64,000 bases of DNA from positions 224,001-288,000 of the forward strand of contig CAXWPL010000004.1 in the NCBI GenBank assembly GCA_963666215.2, written 5' to 3'. The position numbers and the translations under genes were made by a program. Under the pieces are notes generated by a model. The model was not told the DNA's origin. It worked only from the letters and a program-made list of their open reading frames with translations, and searched no databases. The stretch comes from Acidobacteriota bacterium. Its GTDB lineage: Bacteria > Acidobacteriota > UBA890 > WLXD01. Every line of letters begins with the position of its first letter. Positions within the stretch are counted from its first letter, which is position 1. Shown here in pieces: positions 53,177 through 63,823 of this stretch.

Positions 53177-54530
53177 TCACCTGCCTGTCGTCACCTGGAC
53201 GTAGGTTCCGCGGTTCTGCCAGGCGATGGGTGGTACGGGCGCCATATCGCCGGTCGGACGGAAGTTGATCGACCTCACAGGCGCCTTCCAGGCCTCGACA
53301 TCTTCTCCGTACGTTGCCGCCGCGGCGTCAGCGGCCCTCAACAGCGCCGCCAAGATCAGCAAGCCGCACTCCTCTCGGGTCGTCCCACAATAGGTCCGCC
53401 ATGGTGGATCCTCGGACTGTCCCATATGGAAGCGCAACTCGGAGATGAGCCTCGACGTCCAGGCGTTGGCACCGCCCGCTCCCGGATTGAGCGAAGGCAG
53501 ATTGCCACCGGCAGCATCCAGGATGTCGGCACCCAGCACTGGCTCGAACACGTCGCGTACCAGTGGCCGCCACAACATGTCGAGGAAAGCGACTGCCTTG
53601 CCGTGTTCTAGGACCCCATCGCCGTTGAGGTCCTGCCGCCGGCCGCCGGCCTGTGCCCAAGTGTCGGCAGCCTGCAGCAGTTTTTCGAGTCTGGCGTCGT
53701 CCACCGTTCCGAGGAACTCGCGAAAAGACGGGTAGACGCGCTGGGCGTGGAAATCGGTAACCGCAGCTTCGGTGTGGATCCTGACCAGATCGACGATCGA
53801 AATCGGGCCCTCGTTCGTCGCGGCCACCGTCGGCTCTTTGAGCAATTGGACGCGATGCTCGCCGCCATGGCCCCACGCTTCGTCCTTGACGGGCCAGCCC
53901 AGAGCGCTCGAATTGTTCCAGCCGGCAATCACACCGTCCGGGCCGTTGATGGCCTGGGGATATTGCGACTTGAGCGGGGTTTGAAAGGTATGGGTTTCCG
54001 GGTCGAATCCGACCCAGTCCCATTGGCCAGTGCCCCAGACCGGGAGATCAGTCGACGCTCCCTGTCTGCGGATCGGCACGAGGCCGGCGTCGACCCCCGC
54101 GATGTCCTTCTGGTCGATGTACCACCAGCCGATGTTGTAGGCCGTGCCGGCTACGATTTCGATGAAGTCGGCCGCGGAGCCAACGACCGACGGCGAGAAG
54201 AGCTGCGCGTGGGCCGGATAGTCCATCTCCTCATGCATATACATCGTCCGCGCCTGGGCGAGGGCCACCGGAACACCGTCGACCGTGGCGCGCCCGATAA
54301 CGGGTCCGTGGACGCTGCGCACCGAAGTCAACGTATAGGTGCCACCTCCGTCGGGAAGCCTCTTGACATCGCTGCGTGTTTCGAACGCCAGACACTCGCC
54401 CTTGTAGCTGAAATACATGGATTCAAGGGTGGGTGTGCCGCCATCGGGCTCGCAAAGAATCTCTGCAAACGTGTCGGCCTGATCGGGCGGAAGAATGGTG
54501 ATCGACCAGGCATACCTCTCGCCGCGCCGA
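53177..54530 (-). pseudogene. Penicillin acylase (S45) family, C-terminal remnant
   Basis: GRGERYAWSIT...SVHGPV...P.WGTGQWDW...WNN...WQNRGTY; alpha chain and catalytic Ser region absent. Confidence 0.75.
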
Positions 54531-54880
54531 GCACGTCGCTACGGGTGGCACCGTCCACTCGGCACAACGCCGTTGCGAACTCAGTTAAGCTCCCCAACGT
54601 ACCCGGACCGGGCACCCGTCACCCCGCCAAGGCCGTCTGGAGCTGCCAATTGTGCGCGTTTCCAGGCCAGTTGGCATATACTTAGATAAGAAGGTCTACA
54701 TATTCAATTTGTCGCGTAGCTCCTGGACTGGTAGCGTGACGCTCCTGGTCGGAGCAACGTCCGAGCACAATGAACGTGCAGAATCCCCAGCGATTCGCAC
54801 CCTGCAACGGCTCGATGGGGCCGGCCCCATCGGACGCCTGGAAAGTGTCCCTTCCGTTTCCCGCCGCTGAGCGCCGTGAC

Positions 54881-55591
54881 ATGCCATTCGTCGACTCCGA
54901 GCCCCGGCCGCGTGTTGTGGAGGCTCGCGATCTCGGGCGCCGTTTCGGGTCGACTTGGGCGCTGGCCCACGTAGATCTGGTCGTCCCGCGCGGCCAGACG
55001 GTTCTCCTGATGGGTGCCAACGGGTCGGGCAAAACAACCCTGCTACGGCTGCTCGCCGGGATCTATCGTGCCACCACGGGATCGCTGAGTGTTCTCGGCC
55101 GGGCCCTGCCGGCGGAACGTATGGAATGCCGACGCCACCTGTCTCTTGTCGACCATGAGTCCTACCTCTACGGACGGCTCACGGCGCTCGAAACGCTACG
55201 CATGTGGGCCCGGTTCCTCGGCAAGCAACCATCGGAGAGCGCTCTCCTCGAGCTCCTCGCCGAAGTAGGCCTGGCGGAGCAGCGCAACGCTCCCGCCGAC
55301 GGGTTTTCAGCTGGCATGCGCAAGCGGCTGTCGCTGGCGCGAACACGCCTCGAGCAGCCGCAGTTGTTGCTCCTGGACGAGCCGATGTCCGCTCTCGATG
55401 GCGACGGGCGCCGCATCGTCAGCTCGTGGATCGAGGAATGCCAGCAGAATGGCCACACGATCCTCATGGCGTCGCACGACATCGAGCGCGTCGCCCCCAT
55501 GTGCAACCGCGCCGTACTCCTGCGGCAAGGACAGGTGGCGTGGGACGGCAAAGCCACAGAGGTCGTCGGCAATCGGGTGGTCGGCGGATGA
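54881..55591 (+). CDS. ccmA: Heme ABC exporter ATPase CcmA
   Basis: GANGSGKT, FSAGMRKR, LLLDEP; first gene of the ccm operon. Confidence 0.9.
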   Translation: MPFVDSEPRPRVVEARDLGRRFGSTWALAHVDLVVPRGQTVLLMGANGSGKTTLLRLLAGIYRATTGSLSVLGRALPAERMECRRHLSLVDHESYLYGRLTALETLRMWARFLGKQPSESALLELLAEVGLAEQRNAPADGFSAGMRKRLSLARTRLEQPQLLLLDEPMSALDGDGRRIVSSWIEECQQNGHTILMASHDIERVAPMCNRAVLLRQGQVAWDGKATEVVGNRVVGG

Positions 55592-56307
55592 ACGTCGGGA
55601 TGCAGACCGTTGCTGCTGCGCGGCCCGGGTTGGGCGCTCAGATCTTTTCGATGATCCGCAAGGATCTACTGCTCGAGTGGCGCAGCCGCTCGCGCCTCGT
55701 CTCGCTGCTGCTGTTCGGGGTTGTCACTCTGGTGCTGTTCTCATTCGCCGCCGACGCCGATACCGCGCGGCTGCGAGCCTCGGCCGCCGGTTTTCTCGTG
55801 ATCGCGCTGCTTTTGAGCTCGACGCTAGCGCTGTCGGAGAGCTTCCGGCTGGAGCGCGAGAACAGTGGCATCGAGGGGCTGCTTCTGCTGCCGGCAGACC
55901 CCATCGCGCTGTTCTACGGCAAGGCGCTGTCGAGCACGCTGCTGTTGGCGCTGCTGGCGCCGATTCTGGCGCCGATCGCCATTGTTCTGTACTCACTCAA
56001 CAGTAGCGTCGGCGGGCTGCTCGCCATGCTCGGCATCTGGGCGCTGGCGGCAGCCGGCCTGGCAGCCCCGGGAACGCTCTACGCGGCGATGACCAGCCGA
56101 CTGCAGAGTCGCGATGTGCTGCTGCCGATCCTGCTGTTTCCGCTCGTGGTGCCGGTTCTGCTGGCCACGGTCAAGGCGTTGACTCTGATTCTCAACGGCG
56201 ACGCCATGGGCCAGCTGCGCCCCTGGACACTCTTTCTGCTGAGCTTCGACATCCTTCACTGGAGCTTGGGCGGTATCCTCTTTTCCTATGTCTGTGAGGA
56301 AGCGTGA
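55588..56307 (+). CDS. ccmB: Heme exporter permease CcmB
   Basis: KDLLLEWRSR, E.E..IEGLLL, LLPILLFPLVVPVL. Confidence 0.9.
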   Translation: MNVGMQTVAAARPGLGAQIFSMIRKDLLLEWRSRSRLVSLLLFGVVTLVLFSFAADADTARLRASAAGFLVIALLLSSTLALSESFRLERENSGIEGLLLLPADPIALFYGKALSSTLLLALLAPILAPIAIVLYSLNSSVGGLLAMLGIWALAAAGLAAPGTLYAAMTSRLQSRDVLLPILLFPLVVPVLLATVKALTLILNGDAMGQLRPWTLFLLSFDILHWSLGGILFSYVCEEA

Positions 56308-56325
56308 CATGAAAGGAACTTGGCC

Positions 56326-57021
56326 ATGAACAGCAAAGCAGTCACGGCCGTCGGGGCTCTCGGGCTCGCCATGCTGCTGGTCGGCAGCACGATCGGCTTG
56401 TTCGTGGCGCCGGCCGAGCGCCACATGGGCGACGTGCAACGCATTATGTACGTGCACGTACCGAGCGCCTGGGCCGCGTTGCTCTGCTTCACCGCGGCAT
56501 TCGGACTGGCGATCGCCTCGTTGTGGTCCGCAAAGCCACGCTACGACGCCCTCATGGTGGGCACTATCGAGACAGGCGTCGTCTTCAACGCGCTGCTGCT
56601 GGCGCAGGGAATGATCTGGGGTCACGCCGCGTGGGGCGTTTGGTGGGATTGGGATGTCCGTCTCACCACATCGCTGGTGATGCTGTTGCTGTTCGCCGGT
56701 GTGCTCGGCTTGCGGAGCTTCGTCGACGACACCGAGCGTCGCGCCGCTTGGAGCGGGGCGGCCACCATCATCGCCTTCGTCGACGTTCCGTTGGTCTACT
56801 TTTGTGTTCGCTGGTGGCGCAGCCTGCACCAGATCCAGTCGTCGCCCGAGACCGTCGATCGAGCCATGACGCTGCCGCTACGGATCAACGCGATCGCGCT
56901 ACTGCTGATGGCGATATGGTGGACCGTCTTCCGTGCCCGTCTGGCGATGGCGCGGCGCCAGGAGGAAACCGTGTCGCAGCCCGCGCGCATTCGCGTGGCC
57001 GAGAGGTATGAGCATGCCTGA
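56326..57021 (+). CDS. ccmC: Heme exporter CcmC
   Basis: RIMYVHVPSAW, WG..WGVWWDWDVRLT (WWD domain), WWRSLHQ. Confidence 0.95.
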   Translation: MNSKAVTAVGALGLAMLLVGSTIGLFVAPAERHMGDVQRIMYVHVPSAWAALLCFTAAFGLAIASLWSAKPRYDALMVGTIETGVVFNALLLAQGMIWGHAAWGVWWDWDVRLTTSLVMLLLFAGVLGLRSFVDDTERRAAWSGAATIIAFVDVPLVYFCVRWWRSLHQIQSSPETVDRAMTLPLRINAIALLLMAIWWTVFRARLAMARRQEETVSQPARIRVAERYEHA

Positions 57022-57157
57022 GGGAGTCATTGTGGGCGGTTGGTCGTACGTCATCGCGGCCTACTCGATTACCGCAATCGGATTGGTGGCCTACACCTGG
57101 AGCCTCTGGTACCGACAGCGGACGGCCGCCCGGCGGAGTCAGAACGATGAACGCTGA
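57014..57157 (+). CDS. ccmD: CcmD
   Basis: Small single-TM protein WSYVIAAYSIT between ccmC and ccmE. Confidence 0.75.
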   Translation: MPEGVIVGGWSYVIAAYSITAIGLVAYTWSLWYRQRTAARRSQNDER

Positions 57158-57614
57158 GTCGCGGCGTCGCCGCGTGTTCGCCGTCGTGGCGGTAGCCGTG
57201 TCGATCGCAACCCTGGGCTACCTGGCGTTCGGCAGCATCGGCGAGAACCTCGTCTACTACTGGAGCCCCAGCGAGCTGAAAGATGCCGGCGTCGACGCCG
57301 TTGGGGCAAATGTGCGCCTCGGCGGGCTGGTGGTGCCGGGCTCCATCGTTCACAGCGGCGACAGCCTCGCTTTGAGCTTCGAGGTCACCGACGGCAGCGA
57401 AACGGTGCAGGTGATCGCCAACGCCGTACCACCAGCCATGTTCCGCGGCGGCATCGGTGTTGTGCTCGAAGGCACGCTGCTCGATAACGGCACTTTCGAG
57501 AGCCAGCGACTGATGGTCAAGCACGACAATGAGTACCGCGTACCCGAAGAGGGCGACGCCCGAAGCATCAAAGAGCTCGTCGAGTCGATGCAGTTCGAGG
57601 AAACGGGGCCGTGA
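57147..57614 (+). CDS. ccmE: Heme chaperone CcmE
   Basis: NLVYYWSPSE, VRLGGLV, PAMFR.G.GVVLEG, VKHDNEY. Confidence 0.93.
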   Translation: MNAESRRRRVFAVVAVAVSIATLGYLAFGSIGENLVYYWSPSELKDAGVDAVGANVRLGGLVVPGSIVHSGDSLALSFEVTDGSETVQVIANAVPPAMFRGGIGVVLEGTLLDNGTFESQRLMVKHDNEYRVPEEGDARSIKELVESMQFEETGP

Positions 57615-59608
57615 CACCTCTCTTTGGCCAGACCTTGCTGCTGGCGGCGCTGCTGCTATGCGCCGTCGGTGCGCCGGTGGGCTACATGGCAGGCGCCTGG
57701 CGCTCGTCGGCCGGGCTGCAGTGGGTGCGCCGCATGGCGCTCGGATACGCGGCGCTCATGGTGATGGCGACGCTGCTGATGGAATACGCGCTCGTGACGC
57801 ACGACTTCAGCGTGTCGTACGTCGCGAGCGTCGGCTCCAGGGCAACGCCGCTGCACATCACGATCGTCTCGCTGTGGTCTTCGCTCGAGGGCTCGATTCT
57901 GTTCTGGGGCCTGTTGCTTGCCGTGTTCACCGCTGGGGTGGCGATACTCCAGCGCCGTGGTCACGAGGACTATCTCGCCTACACGCTCGGGACCCTCTTT
58001 GCCATCGGGATCTTCTTCGGCTTCCTGCTCGCCGGACCCGCGAATCCCTTCCGAGCGACCCTGGGTGGCATTCCGGCTGACGGTCCGGGACCCAACCCGC
58101 TGCTGCAGAACCACGTTCTCATGATCATCCACCCGCCGATGCTCTATCTCGGCTACGTGGGCATGAGCGTGCCGTTTGCCATGGCGGTTGCGGCACTGCT
58201 GCGCGGCCAGCTCGGCCCTACCTGGTTGCTGCCGCTGCGCAACTGGTTGCTGGTACCCGTGAGCTTTCTGTCGCTCGGGATCATGCTGGGCGGTTGGTGG
58301 TCGTACGAAGTCCTCGGCTGGGGCGGTTATTGGGCCTGGGACCCGGTGGAGAACGCGTCGTTCCTGCCCTGGCTCGTCGGGATCGCGGCGCTCCACTCGG
58401 CGATCGTCCAACAGCGCCGCGGCACCCTGAAGGCGTGGACGACAATCCTCATCATGATCGCGTTTCTTCTCACGATCCTCGGCACCTTCCTGACTCGATC
58501 GGGAGTCGTGAACTCGGTGCACGCGTTCAGCTTGAGCGCCATAGGGCCGCTGCTGCTGGGCTTTCTCACGGTCTGTATCGTCGCCGTTGTGGTTCTCCTG
58601 AGCCTACGCATCGACACCTTGGCCTCGGAACCGAACAACGACGCCCTGTGGTCTCGCGAGGGTGCCTTCCTGCTCAACAACCTGCTGCTCGTGACGCTGA
58701 CGTTCACGGTGTTGATCGGCACGCTCTTTCCGATTGTTGCCGAGGCCGTGCGCGGCGTGAAGGTGAGTGTCGGCGAGCCCTTCTTCAACAGGATGGCGGT
58801 GCCGATTGGCTTTGCTCTGGTGCTGCTGATGGGAATCGGACCGGCACTGCCGTGGGGCCGAGCCGACCGCTCCACCGTGCTGCGCGCCGTCCTGACCCCG
58901 ATTCCGGCCGGGCTGGTGGGGTTGCTGCTGGCGGCGACGGCTGGCGCGCGATCGTGGAGCGTGCTCTTCACCTCGGCCATCGCCGGCTACACGCTGTGGG
59001 TAACGTTCGCGCAGGTCGGCAAGCCGGCCCGCCAGCGCGTGCGCCGCGGCGAGCCAGTCGCGACCGCAGTGGCATCGTCGATGCGCCGCGCGCCACGAGT
59101 GTGGGGCGCCTACCTGTCTCACCTCGGAATCATCATCACGTTCGTCGCTATCGCCATCTCGGCGACGCTGCAGCATAGCCAAGAGGGCACCCTGAGGCCC
59201 GGTGGACAGCTGACGATCGGCGAATACGACCTCACGTTCGAACAGGTCGACAGGGTCCAGCAGCCTCACCTCATGTCGCAACGGGCGCGGGTCCACGTCA
59301 ACCACAGGGGCAGCTACGCCGGCGTCCTGGAGCCGGCGCTCAACTTCTACGCCAGCCGACGGGAGCCTCTCGGCACGCCGGCGGTGATGAGATCGGTCAC
59401 ACACGACCTCTATCTGATTCTGATGAACGTCGGGGGCGGCGGCTCTGTGGGGCTGCGCGCCATCGTGACGCCAGCGGTGGGGTGGATCTGGATCGGCGTG
59501 TTCGTGCTCGTGGCTGGCACCCTCGTTTGTTTTGTGCCCGCCGGCTCACCGGTGCCCGTCCGAGTGGCGCGGATCGTACCCAGCGGCGACGAGGAACCGG
59601 CGCGATGA
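57611..59608 (+). CDS. ccmF: Heme lyase CcmF
   Basis: NPLLQN, HPPMLYLGY, WSYEVLGWGGYWAWDPVENAS, SVHAF. Confidence 0.96.
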   Translation: MTPLFGQTLLLAALLLCAVGAPVGYMAGAWRSSAGLQWVRRMALGYAALMVMATLLMEYALVTHDFSVSYVASVGSRATPLHITIVSLWSSLEGSILFWGLLLAVFTAGVAILQRRGHEDYLAYTLGTLFAIGIFFGFLLAGPANPFRATLGGIPADGPGPNPLLQNHVLMIIHPPMLYLGYVGMSVPFAMAVAALLRGQLGPTWLLPLRNWLLVPVSFLSLGIMLGGWWSYEVLGWGGYWAWDPVENASFLPWLVGIAALHSAIVQQRRGTLKAWTTILIMIAFLLTILGTFLTRSGVVNSVHAFSLSAIGPLLLGFLTVCIVAVVVLLSLRIDTLASEPNNDALWSREGAFLLNNLLLVTLTFTVLIGTLFPIVAEAVRGVKVSVGEPFFNRMAVPIGFALVLLMGIGPALPWGRADRSTVLRAVLTPIPAGLVGLLLAATAGARSWSVLFTSAIAGYTLWVTFAQVGKPARQRVRRGEPVATAVASSMRRAPRVWGAYLSHLGIIITFVAIAISATLQHSQEGTLRPGGQLTIGEYDLTFEQVDRVQQPHLMSQRARVHVNHRGSYAGVLEPALNFYASRREPLGTPAVMRSVTHDLYLILMNVGGGGSVGLRAIVTPAVGWIWIGVFVLVAGTLVCFVPAGSPVPVRVARIVPSGDEEPAR

Positions 59609-60117
59609 ACCGCGTGGTGTTGGCGGTCGGCGCCTTGGTGGCCGCCCCTCTGCTGATTTTTCTGGCGCTTTCGTTCCGCTCCAACCCAAACGTGATCGAG
59701 TCACCGCTGCTCGGCACCGCGGCGCCCGCCTTCGAGCTGCTCGATCTCGACAGCGGCTCACGGCGACTCGGCGATCTCAAGGGAAAGCCGGTCGTGCTCA
59801 ACTTCTGGGCCAGCTGGTGTGTGCCCTGCGTTGCCGAGAATGCCGTTCTGGCCGACGCTGCGCGCCGATACGCGGGGCAGGTGGGCTTCGTCGGCATCGT
59901 CTACCAGGACGACCCGGTACGAATCCGCATGTTCCAGGCGCAACTCGGCGAATGGGGCCCCGCGCTCATGGACCCGGCCGGGCGCACGGCAATCGCCTAC
60001 GGCGTTTATGGCGTTCCCGAGACCTTCTTTATCGACCGCAACGGGACGATCGTCCATAAGATCACCGGCGCGGTCGACCGCGCGTCGCTCGAGCGCGTTC
60101 TGCGCGACATGCTCTGA
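59605..60117 (+). CDS. ccmG: Thioredoxin-like CcmG/DsbE
   Basis: NFWASWCVPC, YGVYGVPETFFID. Confidence 0.9.
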   Translation: MNRVVLAVGALVAAPLLIFLALSFRSNPNVIESPLLGTAAPAFELLDLDSGSRRLGDLKGKPVVLNFWASWCVPCVAENAVLADAARRYAGQVGFVGIVYQDDPVRIRMFQAQLGEWGPALMDPAGRTAIAYGVYGVPETFFIDRNGTIVHKITGAVDRASLERVLRDML

Positions 60118-60126
60118 GGACACGCC

Positions 60127-60705
60127 ATGCTCTTCGCGAAGACGACGGGTGCAGTCGGCGCGGCGCTCGCGGCGCTCGTGGTAGCGCTCATCCCGATGGC
60201 TGCATCGGCAAGCGGCAGTCAGGCTTCGGCCGACCTCGAACGTATCGTCGGCCCACCTGCCGGCCATGTGCTGGTTGGCCGGGGACTCGAAGAAGCCACC
60301 GAGGCCGTCGCGTCCCTCATGCGCTGCCCAGTGTGTCAAGGGCTGTCGGTGGCGACGTCCGACACCGAGCTGGCACGCTCGATACGTGTTCAAGCTCAAG
60401 AGATGCTCCAGCTGGGCTACACGCAGGATCAGGTTCTCGACTATTTCGAGTACTCCTACGGCGAGTTCATCCGCCTGGCGCCGAAGCCGGAAGGCTTCAA
60501 CCTTGTTGTGTGGATCGCGCCCGGGCTGGCGCTGCTGATTGGAATCGGGCTGGTGACGCTGCGCCTCCGCGGCCAGCGGCCGCCGACACCCGTCGAAGCA
60601 AGCGTGCCGTCGCCGGAAGACAGTGAGCTCGACACCTACTTGAGCCAAGTGAGACGCGAGGTGGGTCCGAGTGGCGGTCCCGGCGCCGGCGGAGCCGAGT
60701 CATGA
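60127..60705 (+). CDS. ccmH: CcmH
   Basis: LMRCPVCQG.SV..S, YGEFIRLAP, VWIAP. Confidence 0.9.
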   Translation: MLFAKTTGAVGAALAALVVALIPMAASASGSQASADLERIVGPPAGHVLVGRGLEEATEAVASLMRCPVCQGLSVATSDTELARSIRVQAQEMLQLGYTQDQVLDYFEYSYGEFIRLAPKPEGFNLVVWIAPGLALLIGIGLVTLRLRGQRPPTPVEASVPSPEDSELDTYLSQVRREVGPSGGPGAGGAES

Positions 60706-62051
60706 TCACGGGGATCTGGCTCCCAGCGTTGGTGGTGCTCGCCGTAGGCGTTGCCGTGGGGGTGGTCGCCGCGCTGCGCATGCGCCGCTCGAGCGCCGGC
60801 GCTCCCGACAACCACAACCTGTCGCTCGACGTGCGCGATCTCGAGCGTCGCCGCGACGAGCTGTACGATCGGCTGCGAAGCTCTGATCTCGACGACGCCG
60901 ATCGGCTGGCGTTGGAGCTCTCCGCGGCGCGCACCCTGCAGCGCCTCGACACGCTGGGTGGGCGGCCCGCGAGCGTCGGCGGCGAGGGCACGGACGTAAA
61001 CCTCGCGGCGGAAAGCACGCTGCCGCAGTCACGCGATACCGGCACCGCCGGCCTGTCGCCCAGCAGCCAGGATGCTGCCGAGCAGCAGGAAGAGCTCGCC
61101 CCCTTCGGGTTCCTCGCTCGTCATCCGCAGCTCAAAGGCTTCCTGTTCGGCGCCAGCGCCGTAACCGTTATCGCCCTGCTGATGTTCTTCGCCGCTCGCG
61201 ACTCGGGTATGACGGCGACGCCGCACCCGGGAGCCGGAGCGGTCGAAAACCTGGACGTCTCGCCGGAACTAGCGGCCCAAATGGAAGAGGCGCGCTCCCA
61301 GCTCGCCGCCAACCCTCAAGATCTTGGCGCCCGCAAGCGACTCGCGCTCATGCTCTTGTCGGTGGGGAATCTGGTTGAAGCGTTCGAAGAAGCCGACCGT
61401 CTCCTGGCTGTCGACTCCGAGGACCTCGATGGGCTCTACGTGCAGGGCGTCGTGCGGCTCAACATGGGGCAGGACGATCTCGCCCTCGACCTGCTCGACC
61501 GCGTGCTGCTGCAGTATCCGCAGCACGTTCGCGCGCTTACCGCGAAGGGCATCATCCTGCTGCGCAACGGCGACCCGCAAGGCGCGACCGCCGTGTGGCA
61601 GCAGGGCCTGGCGATGCTGGGTGGTAGCAACCCCTACATCGAGGAGCTGCTGCGAGGCGCACTGCAAACGAGCGAGGCTCAGGCAGCGGCGCCGACGACA
61701 GCCTCGCCCGCGTCGGCCGGCGCCGCGGCCGGCGGGCGAGCCTACGAGATCGATATCGAGCTCGCCGCCGGGGTCAACGCCTCTCCCGGCGCCACACTTT
61801 TCTTGTCGCTGCGCGACGGGCCAGGGCCACCGATCGCGGTCAAACGGATCGATCGTCCGACATTCCCGCTGCGAGTCGTGCTCGGACCCGACGACACGAT
61901 GCTGGGCCGAGAGCTGGTCGATCGAGGGACCCTGTCGGCGCGTCTCGATGCCGACGGCAGCGTTTCCACGATAGCTCCAACCGACCTCACCGCGGAGAGC
62001 GCGGCCACCGCCGGCACGAGAACGCGGCTGGTGCTGGGAAGTCCGGAGTAG
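60702..62051 (+). CDS. ccmI: CcmI/CycH-like TPR protein
   Basis: Two TM segments, TPRs, C-terminal ATLF...PPIAVKR...FPL...L...D.M...ARLD.DG domain. Confidence 0.8.
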   Translation: MITGIWLPALVVLAVGVAVGVVAALRMRRSSAGAPDNHNLSLDVRDLERRRDELYDRLRSSDLDDADRLALELSAARTLQRLDTLGGRPASVGGEGTDVNLAAESTLPQSRDTGTAGLSPSSQDAAEQQEELAPFGFLARHPQLKGFLFGASAVTVIALLMFFAARDSGMTATPHPGAGAVENLDVSPELAAQMEEARSQLAANPQDLGARKRLALMLLSVGNLVEAFEEADRLLAVDSEDLDGLYVQGVVRLNMGQDDLALDLLDRVLLQYPQHVRALTAKGIILLRNGDPQGATAVWQQGLAMLGGSNPYIEELLRGALQTSEAQAAAPTTASPASAGAAAGGRAYEIDIELAAGVNASPGATLFLSLRDGPGPPIAVKRIDRPTFPLRVVLGPDDTMLGRELVDRGTLSARLDADGSVSTIAPTDLTAESAATAGTRTRLVLGSPE

Positions 62052-62254
62052 CCGAGGCTCCAACTGCGCTGTCTACATTGCCAGCCGCAAACGGGCCGTT
62101 CGCGATCCTGAGAGACGAGCGAGCCCGTCACGCGCCCGGGGGAGCTGCTCCTCACTGCGCCACAGTTCACTGAAGAACCGGAGCCACCCGACACTAAACG
62201 AGCATACACGGACTCTGTTCTCGTTGTTAAGCAGCAGGCGTTGATCGCCCGAAC

Positions 62255-62540
62255 GCGCCGGACCCGCTACGCCCAGGCCTATGTCGCCCTGTCGCCCGGC
62301 TCCTTCAGCGAGACCTCGATCCGCGCCATCGACCCGAGCGCCGTTCCGTGGCTGTTCATCAGCGCGCGCGAAGATCGGCATCTGGTCGACATCGTCGCCG
62401 ACCTGCGAGCAACAAGCTGAACGGTAGAGCTGCTGGTTGTGCCCGGCGCCGCACACGCCACGCGATTGCTGACCGCACGCCCGGAGCTCAACGAACGGAT
62501 CTCCGCGTGGCTCTCCAGCATGCTGTCGGGCGCGGAATGA
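62255..62540 (+). pseudogene. Alpha/beta hydrolase C-terminal remnant with in-frame TGA (62418-62420)
   Basis: Own translation: AYVALSPGSF...VPWLFISARED...RATS*TVELLVVPGAAHATRLL...ISAWL. Confidence 0.6.
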
Positions 62541-62650
62541 CCTCGGTCAGCGGAAACAGGAGGCCCACTCGATGATCGCTATCGAGACCGCGGTCGCCGC
62601 AAACGGCACGGCCCAAGCTCAACGGGCGCATCCACAACCGTAAGCGCGCT

Positions 62651-63823
62651 TTACGTCGCGAGCATCCCGGCGACGATGGCTCGGTAGCCGGCCGCTGCCT
62701 GGGTAAGCTGGTCGATCTCGATGTACTCGTCGACGACGTGCGCCAAGTCCGCGGTGGACGGGCCGAAGCCGATCGTCGGCACACCGGCTTCGCCCGCGCT
62801 GTAGGCGCCGTTGGTACAGAACTGATAGCTGCTCTGCTCGGGCTCGAGGCCGATGCCGCGGAGTGCCGCAAGCGCGCCCTGCACGAGCTCGTGCTCTTCC
62901 GGAAGCTCCCACGGCGCGAACCACTTCGGCTGGTCCCAGCGGGTCCCGGCATAGGAGGTGTAGTCGGTGCTCGCCAGCCGAAAGTCGGTGTCGTCGGCAC
63001 CGGCGCGCGCGGCGGCGGCGCGGAGCTCGTCGATGAGCTGTTCGCTCGTCTCACCTGGAAGCAGGCGGCGCTCGTACGTTGCGCGACACCCGCTCGGAAC
63101 CACGGAGTGAGCGGGATGCGGAACCGAGATGATGTCTGTGAGACACATCACGCCGGGGCCGACAAACACGTGCTCGGGCATCGGTAGGGATTCAATCTGT
63201 TCGATCACGGCTCGCATCTTGTGGACCGCGTTGACGCCGTGGTCTGGCGTCGAAGCGTGCGACGGCCGTCCCTTTGTGGTGACAACAAGCTCGGCACGCC
63301 CGCGCCCGGCTCGCACCACGTTCAGCTCGGACGCCTCGCCGATGACCACATAATCGGCGCCGGTGCGGTTCATCACCTGGCGCAGCGCCGCGCCCTCGAC
63401 GAGCTCTTCGCCAACCGATGCCGACGCGATCACGGTGCCCGTTAACCGTGAGCGATCGAGCGCGCCAACACCGTGAACAATCGCCGCCAACGCGCCCTTC
63501 ATGTCGGAGCTGCCACGACCGTACAATCGCCCGTCGACCACTTCACCGCCGAACGGATCGTGCGTCCACGCCTCGCGTGGGTGAATATCGACCGTGTCCA
63601 TGTGCGCGTCGAGCACAATGGTGGGCCCATCCGCCGCTCCGCGGATGACACCTACAACGCTGCCGGCCTCGTCGGTCTCGATCGAGTCGAATTCGAGGGC
63701 ACGCATTTCCTGCCGTACACGCTGCGCCACCGGGCCCTCGTTGCCCAGAACACTGGGAATACGCACCAGGTCAGCGGTGAACGACACCAGCGCATCGATC
63801 GGGATTGACGAGTCGTTCGCCAA
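62651..63823 (-). CDS. M20 metallohydrolase, YgeY-like
   Basis: DAHMDTV, GRGSSDMKG, GEELVEG, HASTP, FCTNG, GFGP, AHVVDE. Confidence 0.85.
   Translation of the reverse strand: MANDSSIPIDALVSFTADLVRIPSVLGNEGPVAQRVRQEMRALEFDSIETDEAGSVVGVIRGAADGPTIVLDAHMDTVDIHPREAWTHDPFGGEVVDGRLYGRGSSDMKGALAAIVHGVGALDRSRLTGTVIASASVGEELVEGAALRQVMNRTGADYVVIGEASELNVVRAGRGRAELVVTTKGRPSHASTPDHGVNAVHKMRAVIEQIESLPMPEHVFVGPGVMCLTDIISVPHPAHSVVPSGCRATYERRLLPGETSEQLIDELRAAAARAGADDTDFRLASTDYTSYAGTRWDQPKWFAPWELPEEHELVQGALAALRGIGLEPEQSSYQFCTNGAYSAGEAGVPTIGFGPSTADLAHVVDEYIEIDQLTQAAAGYRAIVAGMLAT

Noticed and set aside
54881-62051. ccm operon as a novel system
   Set aside because: It is a canonical system I cytochrome c maturation operon in standard order with standard motifs.
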